From NCBI GenBank assembly GCA_045613125.1, contig JAZLAM010000022.1, positions 7,227-71,226 of the forward strand: DNA of 64,000 nucleotides. Direction: 5' to 3'. The position numbers were made by a program, and so were the translations under genes. Source of the DNA: Alphaproteobacteria bacterium. GTDB lineage: Bacteria; Pseudomonadota; Alphaproteobacteria; RF32; CAG-239. Shown here piece after piece: positions 1 through 9,949 of the stretch; the stretch's first letter is position 1; each line of letters begins with the position of its first letter. The notes under the pieces were generated by a model. The model was not told the origin of the DNA. It did not search any database and saw only the letters and a list, made by a program, of their open reading frames with translations.

Positions 1-145
1 TTCGGATATGTGAAAGCATTGTGTAATACACTGTATGGTATAAATGATGTTGTATTAATCAAAGCTGAAGGTTTAGACGTACACGGGAACAACATTTCCG
101 AAATTTTAGCTAAGACAAAAGAAAATATTGATAAATTGTTTTAAT
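1..145 (+). CDS. 3' end of an unidentified CDS (5'-truncated by the window edge)
   Basis: Open frame running from the window start to TAA at ~143-145, convergent with the downstream NUDIX gene. The product is not recognisable. Confidence 0.3.
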
Positions 146-148
146 TAA

Positions 149-178
149 AAAAGAAGGCATTAAAGCCTTCTTTTTAGT
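149..178. terminator. Bidirectional rho-independent terminator
   Basis: The GC hairpin gaaggcattaaagccttc is flanked by an A-run and a T-run, between convergent genes. Confidence 0.55.
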
Positions 179-659
179 TTTTCAAACTTTTTTGTATGCT
201 TAATATTTGTTTTTTATATTTCATCAATGCATCAATATTTTTAGGTGTCCAATTTATGGAAGTATCATTCAAATCAACCCATCTGAGCTCTTTTTGTTTC
301 AAAGGTTCAACAATTTTTAATAATGATATATCAGTTGGTGCACACGCAAACCAATGCAGTTTGTATTTATTATTACGAATTGTACCTAATTTTTTGATTA
401 TATCTATATTAAGGTTGGTCTCCTCTTTAATCTCACGATGAATTGCTGCATTTAAGGTTTCTCCTGGCTCAACTTTTCCCCCTGGAGCTACATATTGTGT
501 ATCATCGGTGTTAATTAAATCATTTTTTTGAGCAGTTTGCGCCAATATTTTATCCTGATAGATGATAACAGCACATACAACGTCTTGATTATTTCCTTTA
601 AGTCGATTGATTATTTCCCAATAAATAAAATCTTTGATCCGCAAAACAAAATTTTTCAT
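174..659 (-). CDS. NUDIX hydrolase (MutT-like)
   Basis: The Nudix box GGKVEPGETLNAAIHREIKEETNL (GX5EX7REUXEEXGU) is present in a 161-aa protein. Confidence 0.7.
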   Translation of the reverse strand: MKNFVLRIKDFIYWEIINRLKGNNQDVVCAVIIYQDKILAQTAQKNDLINTDDTQYVAPGGKVEPGETLNAAIHREIKEETNLNIDIIKKLGTIRNNKYKLHWFACAPTDISLLKIVEPLKQKELRWVDLNDTSINWTPKNIDALMKYKKQILSIQKSLKN

Positions 660-796
660 TACTTATTCTCCTTAATATATAGAATAATTCATATATGAGG
701 TTATATATTAAGAATAGCCTAAAGTCAAACATTAATAAATTGAATTTTAATTGAGCTTATTATGATAAAAACATCATCTTAGTACAACTTATACTA

Positions 797-1942
797 TCAA
801 TCTTCTAAGTACAAACTACTCTTTTTGTAGTTGCTTATGGCGTATCTTATAATTACACCGATTATCGCCGCAACCGGAACAGCTATCATAAGACCTAAAA
901 AACCCAGTAACACGCCTCCTGCTAACAACGAAAACATAACCCATACAGGATGCAATCCCACTTTATCTCCGACAAGCTTTGGAGTTAAGAAATTTCCTTC
1001 AATAAACTGTCCGATTACGAACACAGCAACTACTTCAATTATTTTTGTGATAGTACCAAATTGGGCAGAAGCTAATATAATGCTGATTAAAAATCCTGAT
1101 ATACTACCGATATATGGAATAAAAGATATAATACCAGCCAAAAAACCTACTAACAAACCTAATTCCAAACCTATTAACTGAAGACCTAAAGCATAGTAAG
1201 ATCCTAAAATAAGACACACACTCAGCTGTCCCCTGATAAAGCCTGATAAAGCCCTATCTATTTGCTTAAATTGTTCTTTAATTGCCGTTTTAGATTTACG
1301 AGGCAATAAATTATCAATTTTTTTCACAAATGTATTCCAGTCTCTTAACATATAAAACGCCACGACAGGAGTAATCAATAACAACGAAAGCAAATTCATA
1401 AGTGCAAAACCATTATTTATAATCCCTTTCAGTAACTTTCCGCTAAATTGCATTCCGCTGGTTAAATTATTTTTTATCATTTCTGGAAAACTATTAACCT
1501 CCAATGATGGAAATGAATTATGTATATCCATCACGACAGGCTCCATACGTTTGATAAACGAAGCAATATATGTAGGCGCAGCATCAACGAAAAGAGACAA
1601 CTGTTTATCAATAACACTAAAAACCATAATAAAAGTAGGAACAGCAAATAAAATAACCACGACAAAGACCAAGATTGTAGCGATTGTCCTTGATACGCCA
1701 AGTTTTTCAAATTTAGTTGCAAGTGGATCAAACAAATAACCCAATATGATACCGGCTATAAACGGAAGCAAAACAGATCGCAGAACGTATACACCAATGC
1801 AAAACAAAATAAAAATAATCAACCAAACCAAAGTGTTGTTATATTTTGACATTTTGAACGATTTTTTTTCATTTTTTTTCGAAAACGAGCTTTTTTTGTT
1901 AACAAAATTACTCTTTTCTTTTTTTTTCAAAACTTTTTCCAT
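797..1942 (-). CDS. AI-2E (PerM/UPF0118) family membrane transporter
   Basis: Polytopic membrane protein. Its N-terminal motif LLPFIAGIILGYLFDPLATKFEKLGVSRTIA matches the AI-2E family signature. A Lys-rich N-terminal extension is also present. Confidence 0.6.
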   Translation of the reverse strand: MEKVLKKKEKSNFVNKKSSFSKKNEKKSFKMSKYNNTLVWLIIFILFCIGVYVLRSVLLPFIAGIILGYLFDPLATKFEKLGVSRTIATILVFVVVILFAVPTFIMVFSVIDKQLSLFVDAAPTYIASFIKRMEPVVMDIHNSFPSLEVNSFPEMIKNNLTSGMQFSGKLLKGIINNGFALMNLLSLLLITPVVAFYMLRDWNTFVKKIDNLLPRKSKTAIKEQFKQIDRALSGFIRGQLSVCLILGSYYALGLQLIGLELGLLVGFLAGIISFIPYIGSISGFLISIILASAQFGTITKIIEVVAVFVIGQFIEGNFLTPKLVGDKVGLHPVWVMFSLLAGGVLLGFLGLMIAVPVAAIIGVIIRYAISNYKKSSLYLED

Positions 1943-1944
1943 AT

Positions 1945-2982
1945 TTATAGCCCCTTGTCCATTAGTGTATAAATTCCGTTTGTAATTTGTAGATATAATC
2001 CATTACGCGCCATAACTTCAATAAGATCATCAATACCTGATGAAAATTCTATAGTAAAAACTGCTTTTCCCAAACTAAAAGATTTAAGATACACTTTTTT
2101 GACTTGAGCTATATCATTTAATTTTTTTTCTGTTGCAAGCCAATCTGTAATTTTTGTTTCAAAAAACACATCAATTTGCCCATCTTGATTTGTCAGAGTT
2201 TCTGTTCTGTTTTGTATTAAATACGTCATATTACTGAGAGCCTGATCAATTGCCTTATCAAAAATATTTCCACCATTAATGATAAAACTTTTGTGATAAT
2301 TTTTAGGAAAAGACTTTATACTAACTACCAGCATATCTGATCCTGCTTTTATTGCATTTATAATAAAAATATCTTCTGCTCCGTTGACAAAACGTAATTT
2401 ATCGTAAGTATTGTTATCAATGGAATCGATATTTTGCAGATTGATAAGTTCACTATTTTTTTCTGTATTTTGAATAATATCAAACTCTATATTTCCGGAT
2501 TTTATATAACCTTTATCCATCCAAGCTTCACGCCAACTATTTGAATCTTCAAATAAAAGCTTATTTTCTTGTTCCGTATTGCTATATATCGGAATAATTA
2601 AAGCTTTTGAAACAATATCAGAAGTTGTCAGCATATTATTTTCAGCCAAATATTGTTTCAAAAGATTTTCATTTATTTTTATATTAAGGTCAGCCCGATA
2701 TGATGTAGATGTCATTTTTTCAGCAACGACTTCAACTTCTCGAATAAAATGAGAAAGCTGATCATCAGTCAAATTATCTAAAGTTTGCACATTTTGAGCA
2801 GAAGTCAATCTGGAGCTAACTTTCAAAAAAGCTTCTCTATATGCCTTATTAAGCGCAGTTTTTTTAGCTAAGCCCGAATTTTGATCTGTAGCTTCAGTGT
2901 TTACACCTGCTTCAAAACTTATTTTTGCAGATAAATCAAAAGAAATAAGCAACATAAATATAAAAATATAGAAAAAACGCAT
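1945..2982 (-). CDS. Secreted hypothetical protein
   Basis: N-terminal signal peptide (MRFFYIFIFMLLISFDLSA). No recognisable catalytic motif. Confidence 0.45.
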   Translation of the reverse strand: MRFFYIFIFMLLISFDLSAKISFEAGVNTEATDQNSGLAKKTALNKAYREAFLKVSSRLTSAQNVQTLDNLTDDQLSHFIREVEVVAEKMTSTSYRADLNIKINENLLKQYLAENNMLTTSDIVSKALIIPIYSNTEQENKLLFEDSNSWREAWMDKGYIKSGNIEFDIIQNTEKNSELINLQNIDSIDNNTYDKLRFVNGAEDIFIINAIKAGSDMLVVSIKSFPKNYHKSFIINGGNIFDKAIDQALSNMTYLIQNRTETLTNQDGQIDVFFETKITDWLATEKKLNDIAQVKKVYLKSFSLGKAVFTIEFSSGIDDLIEVMARNGLYLQITNGIYTLMDKGL

Positions 2983-3132
2983 ATTTAAACTAACCCTCTA
3001 AACTGTTACATGTTTACCCATTGCGCATACTATTATAAAATCTTGCAAAAATCAAAACTTTTTATAGACATTTGTATAATATAGTGCTTAATTTTGTTTA
3101 TCATTAAATTTAGGTGTAAAAGGATATAACTA

Positions 3133-4137
3133 ATGCTTACAAAATATTTAACCGGCATCATGGAACAAGCATCGAAAAATGTTAAAACCATTGTTTTACC
3201 GGAAGGAGAAGATAAAAGAGTGCTAATTGCAGCTCATATAGTCACCAAAGCTAAAGCTGCCAAAATAATTATTTTGGGCGATAAAGATGAAATTACAGAT
3301 TTTTATCGTGAAAACAACTGGAGTATGGATGATATCACAATCATAAAACCAGAAACTTCCGAAAAATTGGAAGATTATGCAAATCTTTTATATAATTTAC
3401 GCAAAGAAAAAGGAATGACCGAAGAAGAAGCTCACAAGACAGCTCTTAATTACAATTATTTCGGAACATTAATGGTAAAATCCGGTGATGCAGATGGTAT
3501 GGTATCCGGCGCAAATCATTCAACTGCAGATACTGTAAGACCCGCATTGCAGATTATCAAATCTGCCCGTAAAGACAGAGGTGTTTCATCATTTTTAATT
3601 TTGGTTTCAGGTGATGAACCTTACCTATTGTCAGATTGTGGTGTTGTTATTAATCCGAATGAAAAAGAACTTTCAGACATTGCTTTAACATCTGCAGAAA
3701 CAGCAATCCAATTTGGTATTGATCCTAAAGTTGCCATGCTTTCATTTTCCACATACGGATCCGGAAAAGCCGAATCGGTTGATAAAGTCAGAAATGCGAC
3801 TCTGTTAGCACAAGAAGCCCTAAAATCTGACGAATATAAAAACTCAAACATTGAAATTGATGGTGAGTTGCAAGTTGATGCAGCCCTAGACACTGTTGTT
3901 GCTGCAAAAAAAGCACCTCAAAGTCATGTTGCGGGTAAGGCTAAAGTTTTAATATTCCCTAACTTAGAAGCTGGAAATATTGGTTATAAGCTTTTGCAAC
4001 GCTTAGGCGGTTGTGAAGCCTATGGACCTATATTGCAAGGATTAAACGCTCCGGTTAATGATCTTTCAAGAGGAGCATTTGCTGAAGATATTGCGGGTGT
4101 TATAGCCATTACATGTTTACAAGCTAATAATAAATAA
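3133..4137 (+). CDS. pta: Phosphate acetyltransferase (short Pta, PTA_PTB domain only)
   Basis: IVLPEGEDKRVL and SGANHSTADTVRPALQ motifs typical of Pta. The gene lies immediately upstream of ackA. Confidence 0.85.
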   Translation: MLTKYLTGIMEQASKNVKTIVLPEGEDKRVLIAAHIVTKAKAAKIIILGDKDEITDFYRENNWSMDDITIIKPETSEKLEDYANLLYNLRKEKGMTEEEAHKTALNYNYFGTLMVKSGDADGMVSGANHSTADTVRPALQIIKSARKDRGVSSFLILVSGDEPYLLSDCGVVINPNEKELSDIALTSAETAIQFGIDPKVAMLSFSTYGSGKAESVDKVRNATLLAQEALKSDEYKNSNIEIDGELQVDAALDTVVAAKKAPQSHVAGKAKVLIFPNLEAGNIGYKLLQRLGGCEAYGPILQGLNAPVNDLSRGAFAEDIAGVIAITCLQANNK

Positions 4138-4160
4138 TTTTTTAGAAGGAAATTTTATAA

Positions 4161-5339
4161 ATGAAAAAAATTTTGGTTTTAAATTCTGGTTCATCTTCAT
4201 TAAAATATCAACTTTTTAATGTTGAAGGTGAAAATTATGAAGTTGTTGCTAAAGGTGTTGCTGATAGAATCGGTATTCACGGATCAAATATTGTTTTAAA
4301 ATGCGGTAGCAACAAGCAAACAAAAGAGGTTAATCTTCCAACACATACTGAAGCAATTAAAGAAGTTTTGAGCATGCTTTTGAGTGGTCCTTTACATGAC
4401 ATGGATGAACTAAGTGCTGTAGGACATCGTGTTGTTCATGGTGGAGAAATTTTTAAATCTTCCGCTTTGGTTACTGAACAAGTTAAAAAAGATATTGAAG
4501 ATTTGGCGGAACTAGCTCCTTTACACAATCCGGCAAATTTACTGGGTATTAAAGCTGTTGAGGAGTTATTGCCAAATATTCCTCAAGTTGTTGTTTTTGA
4601 TACAGCTTTCCATCAAACAATGGAAAAAGAAGCATTTTTATATGCTTTACCGACAGAATTATATACTGAACATAAGATTCGTCGTTATGGTTTTCATGGA
4701 ACATCACATGCATACGTTGCAACAGAAGCAGCAAAACTTATCGGCAAAAAGGGAAAAATTATCACATGCCATTTAGGTAACGGAGCTTCAATTTCAGCTG
4801 TTGACAACGGCAAATGCATTGATACATCTATGGGCTTCACACCTCTTGCCGGTGTTGTAATGGGTACCAGATCTGGTGATATTGATCCATATATTCCGCT
4901 TCATCTCATGAAAAAATTAAATAAAAATGTTGATGAGGTAAACGCATTAATGAACAAACAAAGCGGAATGTATGGAGTTTGCGGTTTTTCAGATAACAGA
5001 GATGTTGAAAATAACTATTTAGATGGCGAAGAAAAAGCAACAGATGCAATGAATGTTTACATACATAGTTTGTTGCGTTATATCGGGGGATACATTGCCG
5101 TATTAGGTGGTGTTGATGCCATAGTATTTACGGCAGGTGTTGGAGAAAATGGCGCAATTGTACGTAAAATGGTTGTTGAGCGTTTAGCATATTTAGGTAT
5201 TGCGCTTAATGAAGAAAACAACAATAAACGTGGTCAAACAATTGAAATTTCAACACCTTCTTCTAAGGTCAAAGTTTTTGTTATTCCAACAGATGAGGAA
5301 TTGATGATTGCAAAAGACACTGTTGCTCTGGCTTTCTAA
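4161..5339 (+). CDS. ackA: Acetate kinase
   Basis: N-terminal ILVLNSGSSSLKYQLF and the VHGG / HLGNGASI motifs of the acetate/propionate kinase family. Confidence 0.9.
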   Translation: MKKILVLNSGSSSLKYQLFNVEGENYEVVAKGVADRIGIHGSNIVLKCGSNKQTKEVNLPTHTEAIKEVLSMLLSGPLHDMDELSAVGHRVVHGGEIFKSSALVTEQVKKDIEDLAELAPLHNPANLLGIKAVEELLPNIPQVVVFDTAFHQTMEKEAFLYALPTELYTEHKIRRYGFHGTSHAYVATEAAKLIGKKGKIITCHLGNGASISAVDNGKCIDTSMGFTPLAGVVMGTRSGDIDPYIPLHLMKKLNKNVDEVNALMNKQSGMYGVCGFSDNRDVENNYLDGEEKATDAMNVYIHSLLRYIGGYIAVLGGVDAIVFTAGVGENGAIVRKMVVERLAYLGIALNEENNNKRGQTIEISTPSSKVKVFVIPTDEELMIAKDTVALAF

Positions 5340-5349
5340 TTTTGTACAA

Positions 5350-5392
5350 TATTATAAAAAGCCTCTGTTGAAAAATACAGAGGCTTTTTTTA
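5350..5392 (+). terminator. Rho-independent terminator of pta-ackA
   Basis: Hairpin gcctctgt...acagaggc followed by a T-run. Confidence 0.6.
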
Positions 5393-5517
5393 TATTTAAA
5401 ATCATCATTGTGTTAATAAAAAAGAATCGAAATATCTTCTGACATTTTAGAAAAAAATATGGTTAATCTTCAAATTAGTTTAAAAATATCCATCATCTAA
5501 TGCATTGCTGGTTGGTG

Positions 5518-5570
5518 TAATTTAATCGGAAGATCGCTGGACGATTGCTTATCGCAATCGAGCGATGACT
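5518..5570. repeat. RPE-like palindromic repeat module (D/B modules)
   Basis: taatttaatcggaagatcgctggacgattgcttatcgcaatcgagcgatgac is the reverse complement of the element at 16099-16163. It contains an internal inverted repeat. Confidence 0.7.
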
Positions 5571-5909
5571 TTATTATATTTTATTATATTTTTTAATAAA
5601 CAAGAATCGCTACAATCTCTTTATTTACAACGCTTTCAGCGATTTTAAACTGCTCGTTTTAAACGTACGTTTAAATCAAGCAGTTTTTTTACTGTTTTCT
5701 TAGGACTTCCGTTTTTGCTATCTCTTTGAAAAACAATAAAAAGCAAATTTTAAATTTTGCAAAATTCTCCTTTTTACACTGCGTTAAAAAAACGTACGTT
5801 TAAATTACACTACTAATGTGCTTTGAAAAGCTTGAAACTCAAGCCAAAGCGCTTGGTGAAAATGTTTAGTTTTTTAGCACTTGTAACGTTACATTTAGGA
5901 GACTTAATT

Positions 5910-6527
5910 ATGAAAAAAAATATTTTATTAACTACAACAGCTATGTTGTTATCTGCCATAACATTAAACGCAAATGCTGATTCAAACAGTGCTCAACTTC
6001 ACATAGAAGTAAATATGGTTGAACCATTTGAAATTATAAGAGAAAAATATCTAGGTTTTGGTAAAGTTTTAGCCAGTGGTCCAAATAAAACCGTGATTGT
6101 TACAACAGATGGAAAATTAGACCCTAACTCTACTGCAACAATGTTGTCAAAAGCCACATATCAGAACTATAGCGATAAAAATGAGCCTGGAAGCGGTTCG
6201 TTTAATGAGGGGTTGTTTCAAATTAAAAACCCGGATCTAACAATAACGGAAGATGATGAAGAGTATTTAAATGCAGCCTTTAAAGTAAACTTTGCTCATG
6301 CTGAAGTTAATCTGGTTGATAGTACAAACGGTACAACATGTGGAACCGTTAGTGATTTTACCACTCGTTTTAAGCCTTCAGCTGAAGGTGAAATGCATCT
6401 TCATGTTGGTGGAACTTTTACAACCGTTAAGATGACCCAAGAGGCACACTGCAGCGGACAAACAACTGTTACAATAGTTTTAAATGAAGATGTTATTATT
6501 GCAGGAACGAATAGTGATAGTAACTAA
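5910..6527 (+). CDS. Secreted hypothetical protein
   Basis: Likely start MKKNILLTTTAMLLSAITLNANA (signal peptide) with AGGAGA 8 nt upstream. The upstream part of the six-frame ORF is probably not translated. Confidence 0.5.
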   Translation: MKKNILLTTTAMLLSAITLNANADSNSAQLHIEVNMVEPFEIIREKYLGFGKVLASGPNKTVIVTTDGKLDPNSTATMLSKATYQNYSDKNEPGSGSFNEGLFQIKNPDLTITEDDEEYLNAAFKVNFAHAEVNLVDSTNGTTCGTVSDFTTRFKPSAEGEMHLHVGGTFTTVKMTQEAHCSGQTTVTIVLNEDVIIAGTNSDSN

Positions 6528-6552
6528 TTCTTAATCAGATAGATTACCGACA

Positions 6553-6590
6553 AAAACCTCCACCGATTGTGTCGGTGGAGGTTTTTATAA
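6553..6590. terminator. Bidirectional terminator
   Basis: Hairpin cctccaccgattgtgtcggtggagg with flanking A and T runs, between convergent genes. Confidence 0.6.
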
Positions 6591-6630
6591 TACCATCACG
6601 GCTAAGACAAAGGGAGTTTTGTATTACATC

Positions 6631-7281
6631 TTATTTATAAGAATCGGCAGGGCCTTGGAAAATAATATGTTTTTTATCTGAAGACATTTTATTTAAAGCA
6701 TCTATCAATTTTTGGTTATACGGAAACTCTTTTGTTTTTTGAAAGACCAAAGTATCTTTTAAATATTGTTCATATATAGTTGTATATTCAGGAAACCCCG
6801 GTTGCGATTTTTCATAAGTCGGAAGTTTTATCCCCTCCTCTCTTGATGCAACTTCTTTAATTTCAGGTTGAGTTTTCGTTTCAACTACAGGAGCAACTCC
6901 TTCTGTCGAAGAAGTATTATGAATAAAGTTATTCTTTTGTTCCTTTATTTGACTACTTTTTATAACAGAAGGATGATTTTCAATAGTTATCTCATCTTTT
7001 GCTACATGCTCGGATACGGGAATTTCAACTTTTGTGTATGTAGGAACAAAAACCCCATCAACCAAAACATATTTTACTTCATACAAAGTATTCTGTTGCC
7101 TCACAACAGACTGAACATCTTGCTGTACAACAGGTGGTAAATTTTCATAATGTGGAGCCGTTTCCTGAGATGGGATAAAAAACGATGCTTCTTGGTCTTG
7201 ACGCTGAAAATTTTGCGCAAAAACACACAGAGGAAAATAAACGCTTGTTAAAAGTATGGTAAAAAATTTCAAATTTTTCAT
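6631..7281 (-). CDS. Secreted hypothetical protein
   Basis: Signal peptide MKNLKFFTILLTSVYFPLCVFA. Pro/Gln/Glu-rich, with no conserved catalytic motif. Confidence 0.45.
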   Translation of the reverse strand: MKNLKFFTILLTSVYFPLCVFAQNFQRQDQEASFFIPSQETAPHYENLPPVVQQDVQSVVRQQNTLYEVKYVLVDGVFVPTYTKVEIPVSEHVAKDEITIENHPSVIKSSQIKEQKNNFIHNTSSTEGVAPVVETKTQPEIKEVASREEGIKLPTYEKSQPGFPEYTTIYEQYLKDTLVFQKTKEFPYNQKLIDALNKMSSDKKHIIFQGPADSYK

Positions 7282-7323
7282 AATATTAACTCTAAATTGA
7301 TAATTCTACGATATTATTGTATC

Positions 7324-8019
7324 ATGAAAAAAGTTTTTTACATAGTGTTTTTTACAAATTTAACATTTTTTTCATCACTAGCAAGAGCTAATGATGCTGA
7401 GCAAGCTTGTATCCAAGCCATGACAGTACCTGAAATTACAATCAGCACATCTTATGGAAATTTGCAATACGATCATAGTAAAAGCAGACGTTCGATTACC
7501 AGATTGCATTTGAGCAGAAATAAATCTGGAACATTGTTTAAAAATTTGTTGAACGGATTATCAACTTTTGAACATTCTATTAATTTTAGTGCAAAACTCA
7601 CAAAACACACATTACCATCAGGTATTACATGCGTTTATCCGTCATCTGTAACTTTGCATTTTGGCACTGGGGAAGACCCTGTAATTTATGTTGCTCGAGA
7701 ATATGAAGAAGATACTTGTATGTATAAACTTGTTTTACGCCATGAACAGATACATCAACAAATTAATCAGTCTGTTTTAGAGCATTATTTACCGATGATA
7801 AAACAAAAATTTTTAGAGGTTGTAAAAAATAATGTCGTTGTAAGTAAGGATTACAACATCAGCTTTGCGGTAGCCCAAGAAGAACTTAAAGAAAAATATC
7901 TTACAATATTGAATCCGCTTTTGGAAGAAATCAAAGACAAGACAAAAGCAGAGCAAAACAAACTTGATCGAGCAGAAAACTATGATTATGAAACTGCAAT
8001 TTGCAGAGAAACCGATTAA
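7324..8019 (+). CDS. Secreted hypothetical protein
   Basis: Probable start MKKVFYIVFFTNLTFFSSLARA (signal peptide). Confidence 0.45.
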   Translation: MKKVFYIVFFTNLTFFSSLARANDAEQACIQAMTVPEITISTSYGNLQYDHSKSRRSITRLHLSRNKSGTLFKNLLNGLSTFEHSINFSAKLTKHTLPSGITCVYPSSVTLHFGTGEDPVIYVAREYEEDTCMYKLVLRHEQIHQQINQSVLEHYLPMIKQKFLEVVKNNVVVSKDYNISFAVAQEELKEKYLTILNPLLEEIKDKTKAEQNKLDRAENYDYETAICRETD

Positions 8020-8022
8020 GAT

Positions 8023-8697
8023 TTATATATTTTTACAATCAATCAGATCATCAACACACTCAATTACACCTTTGTATGCCGTATCAATATAAGTTTTGTC
8101 TTTTGCAGAATTTTCTCGGTAAAAAATTCTGACTGTAGTCATACCAACTTCTTTAGCAAATTCCAAGTTTGAATAACTGTCATCAACAAAAATACAATCA
8201 TGAGGATCAAAACCTATTTTTTTGCAATATTGTTTATACACCTCAGCATTTTCATTCTTTTTATATACTCCAAAATCTTCAACAGAATAAAAACGATCTT
8301 TAAAAATTTCATACAAACCGATGTGTTTTAAAATTTTTTCCGAAGCAAACCGATTGCTTGCTGTAAAAATATATTGTTCAAAAGGTATTTTTTTTATCTT
8401 ATCAACTAAACCTTGATAAGGTTCAATCAGATGAACCGGTTTACGGTTAAAATAATGCTTGAATAAATCTTTAGGAGCAATATTGTGGTTTTGATAAAAA
8501 TATTCACCTCCGTCACGATAAACGCGATAAGATTCTTTAACTAAGTCTTTGCAATCTTCCACACTCATAGGCACACCTAAATCTAAAACCAAAGCCTCAG
8601 CCATTGCCATATCCAACCTATCAGCAAATTCAGGTGTTATACGATATAAGGTGTTATCCAAATCCCAAATTATTGCTTTTTTATTTTTAAACACCAC
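8023..8697 (-). CDS. HAD-superfamily hydrolase (pyrimidine 5'-nucleotidase-like, subfamily IA)
   Basis: HAD motif I (IIWDLDNTLY, DxDxT) and a downstream VDD motif. Confidence 0.7.
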   Translation of the reverse strand: MVFKNKKAIIWDLDNTLYRITPEFADRLDMAMAEALVLDLGVPMSVEDCKDLVKESYRVYRDGGEYFYQNHNIAPKDLFKHYFNRKPVHLIEPYQGLVDKIKKIPFEQYIFTASNRFASEKILKHIGLYEIFKDRFYSVEDFGVYKKNENAEVYKQYCKKIGFDPHDCIFVDDSYSNLEFAKEVGMTTVRIFYRENSAKDKTYIDTAYKGVIECVDDLIDCKNI

Positions 8698-8882
8698 ATC
8701 TCTCCATATTATTTAATACAAACATATTAAGGATATCACATTTATACTATCCGTCAAGGAATGTTTTGAATTTGCAAGCATAAAATATTGTGTTTATTTT
8801 CATCTTTTTTATCCCTATTAAGACTTATTTTAGATATTAATGATTATAATTTTCCAAAATATGTTTTTAGAAAGGATATGTT

Positions 8883-9938
8883 ATGTTTTTAAATCTAGGT
8901 GGGATTGAGTTATCTGTTTTAACCCGAGCCTTTATTGCTTTTTTCCTTCCCTTTGTTTTATTTTTAATTTTTGGTAATAGCTTTATCAGATTTTTACAAA
9001 AACATCAACAACACGGGCAACCTATCAGAGATGATGGCCCTCAGTCACATGTAGCAACAAAACAAGGAACCCCCACCATGGGAGGATTACTAATTTTGTT
9101 TTTATCAATGCTGTCAATATTGATGTTTGCAAATATAACGTATCATTTTGTGTGGGTAAGCCTTTTGGTCTTATTGATGTTTGGAATAGCTGGTTTCGTC
9201 GATGACTATATAAAAGTAAGCAAACAAACACCAAACGCTTTAACTGCAAAGGCAAAACTTTTTGTGCAGTTTATGACGGCCGTAATAGCTGTTACAATTG
9301 TTACAGCAGCGACTCCATCAGCTTCCTCAACAATCATCTTTATCCCTTACATTAAAGCTATTTTGAATTTATCTTGGCTTTATATTCCTTTTGCCGTGAT
9401 TGTTATATCTGGCACATCTAACGCAGTTAATTTAACAGATGGATTAGATGGGTTAGCTAGCGGATTGTTGATTATGGCCTTTATATTTTTTAGCATAGTT
9501 GCTTACATCGCCGGTTCTGATCTTGCAACAGTTTTTTCCTTTATTTACATTCCAAGAAGTTCAGAAATGTGTATCGTTTGCTCGGCAGTAGCCGGTGCTT
9601 GTTTGGGATTTTTATGGTTTAATGCACCTAAAGCAAAAATTTTCATGGGTGATACAGGTTCATTAGCTTTAGGAGCTCTTTTAGGGTTAGTTTCCGTTAT
9701 CTTAAAGCAAGAAATTTTACTTGCAATTGTAGGTGGAATATTTGTTGTAGAAACACTTTCTGTAATGATACAAATTTTTTGGTATAAAAAAACAGGTAAA
9801 AGATTTTTCAAAATGGCTCCAATACATCATCATTTTGAGCAGCTTGGGTGGAAAGAAACAACGGTTGTAACTCGTTTTTGGATTATAGGTTTTGTTTTAA
9901 CTCTTGTGGGCTTAACTGCTTTAATAAATTTCAACTAA
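8883..9938 (+). CDS. mraY: Phospho-N-acetylmuramoyl-pentapeptide transferase
   Basis: MraY motifs (TPTMGG, NAVNLTDGLDGLA, GDTGSLALG). Ten-TM topology. Confidence 0.9.
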   Translation: MFLNLGGIELSVLTRAFIAFFLPFVLFLIFGNSFIRFLQKHQQHGQPIRDDGPQSHVATKQGTPTMGGLLILFLSMLSILMFANITYHFVWVSLLVLLMFGIAGFVDDYIKVSKQTPNALTAKAKLFVQFMTAVIAVTIVTAATPSASSTIIFIPYIKAILNLSWLYIPFAVIVISGTSNAVNLTDGLDGLASGLLIMAFIFFSIVAYIAGSDLATVFSFIYIPRSSEMCIVCSAVAGACLGFLWFNAPKAKIFMGDTGSLALGALLGLVSVILKQEILLAIVGGIFVVETLSVMIQIFWYKKTGKRFFKMAPIHHHFEQLGWKETTVVTRFWIIGFVLTLVGLTALINFN

Positions 9939-9949
9939 GGAGTGATTAA

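Noticed and set aside
831-1181. 116-aa plus-strand ORF inside the AI-2E transporter gene
   Set aside because: Antisense to a membrane-protein gene. The Pro/Thr/Asn-rich translation is typical of a spurious frame.
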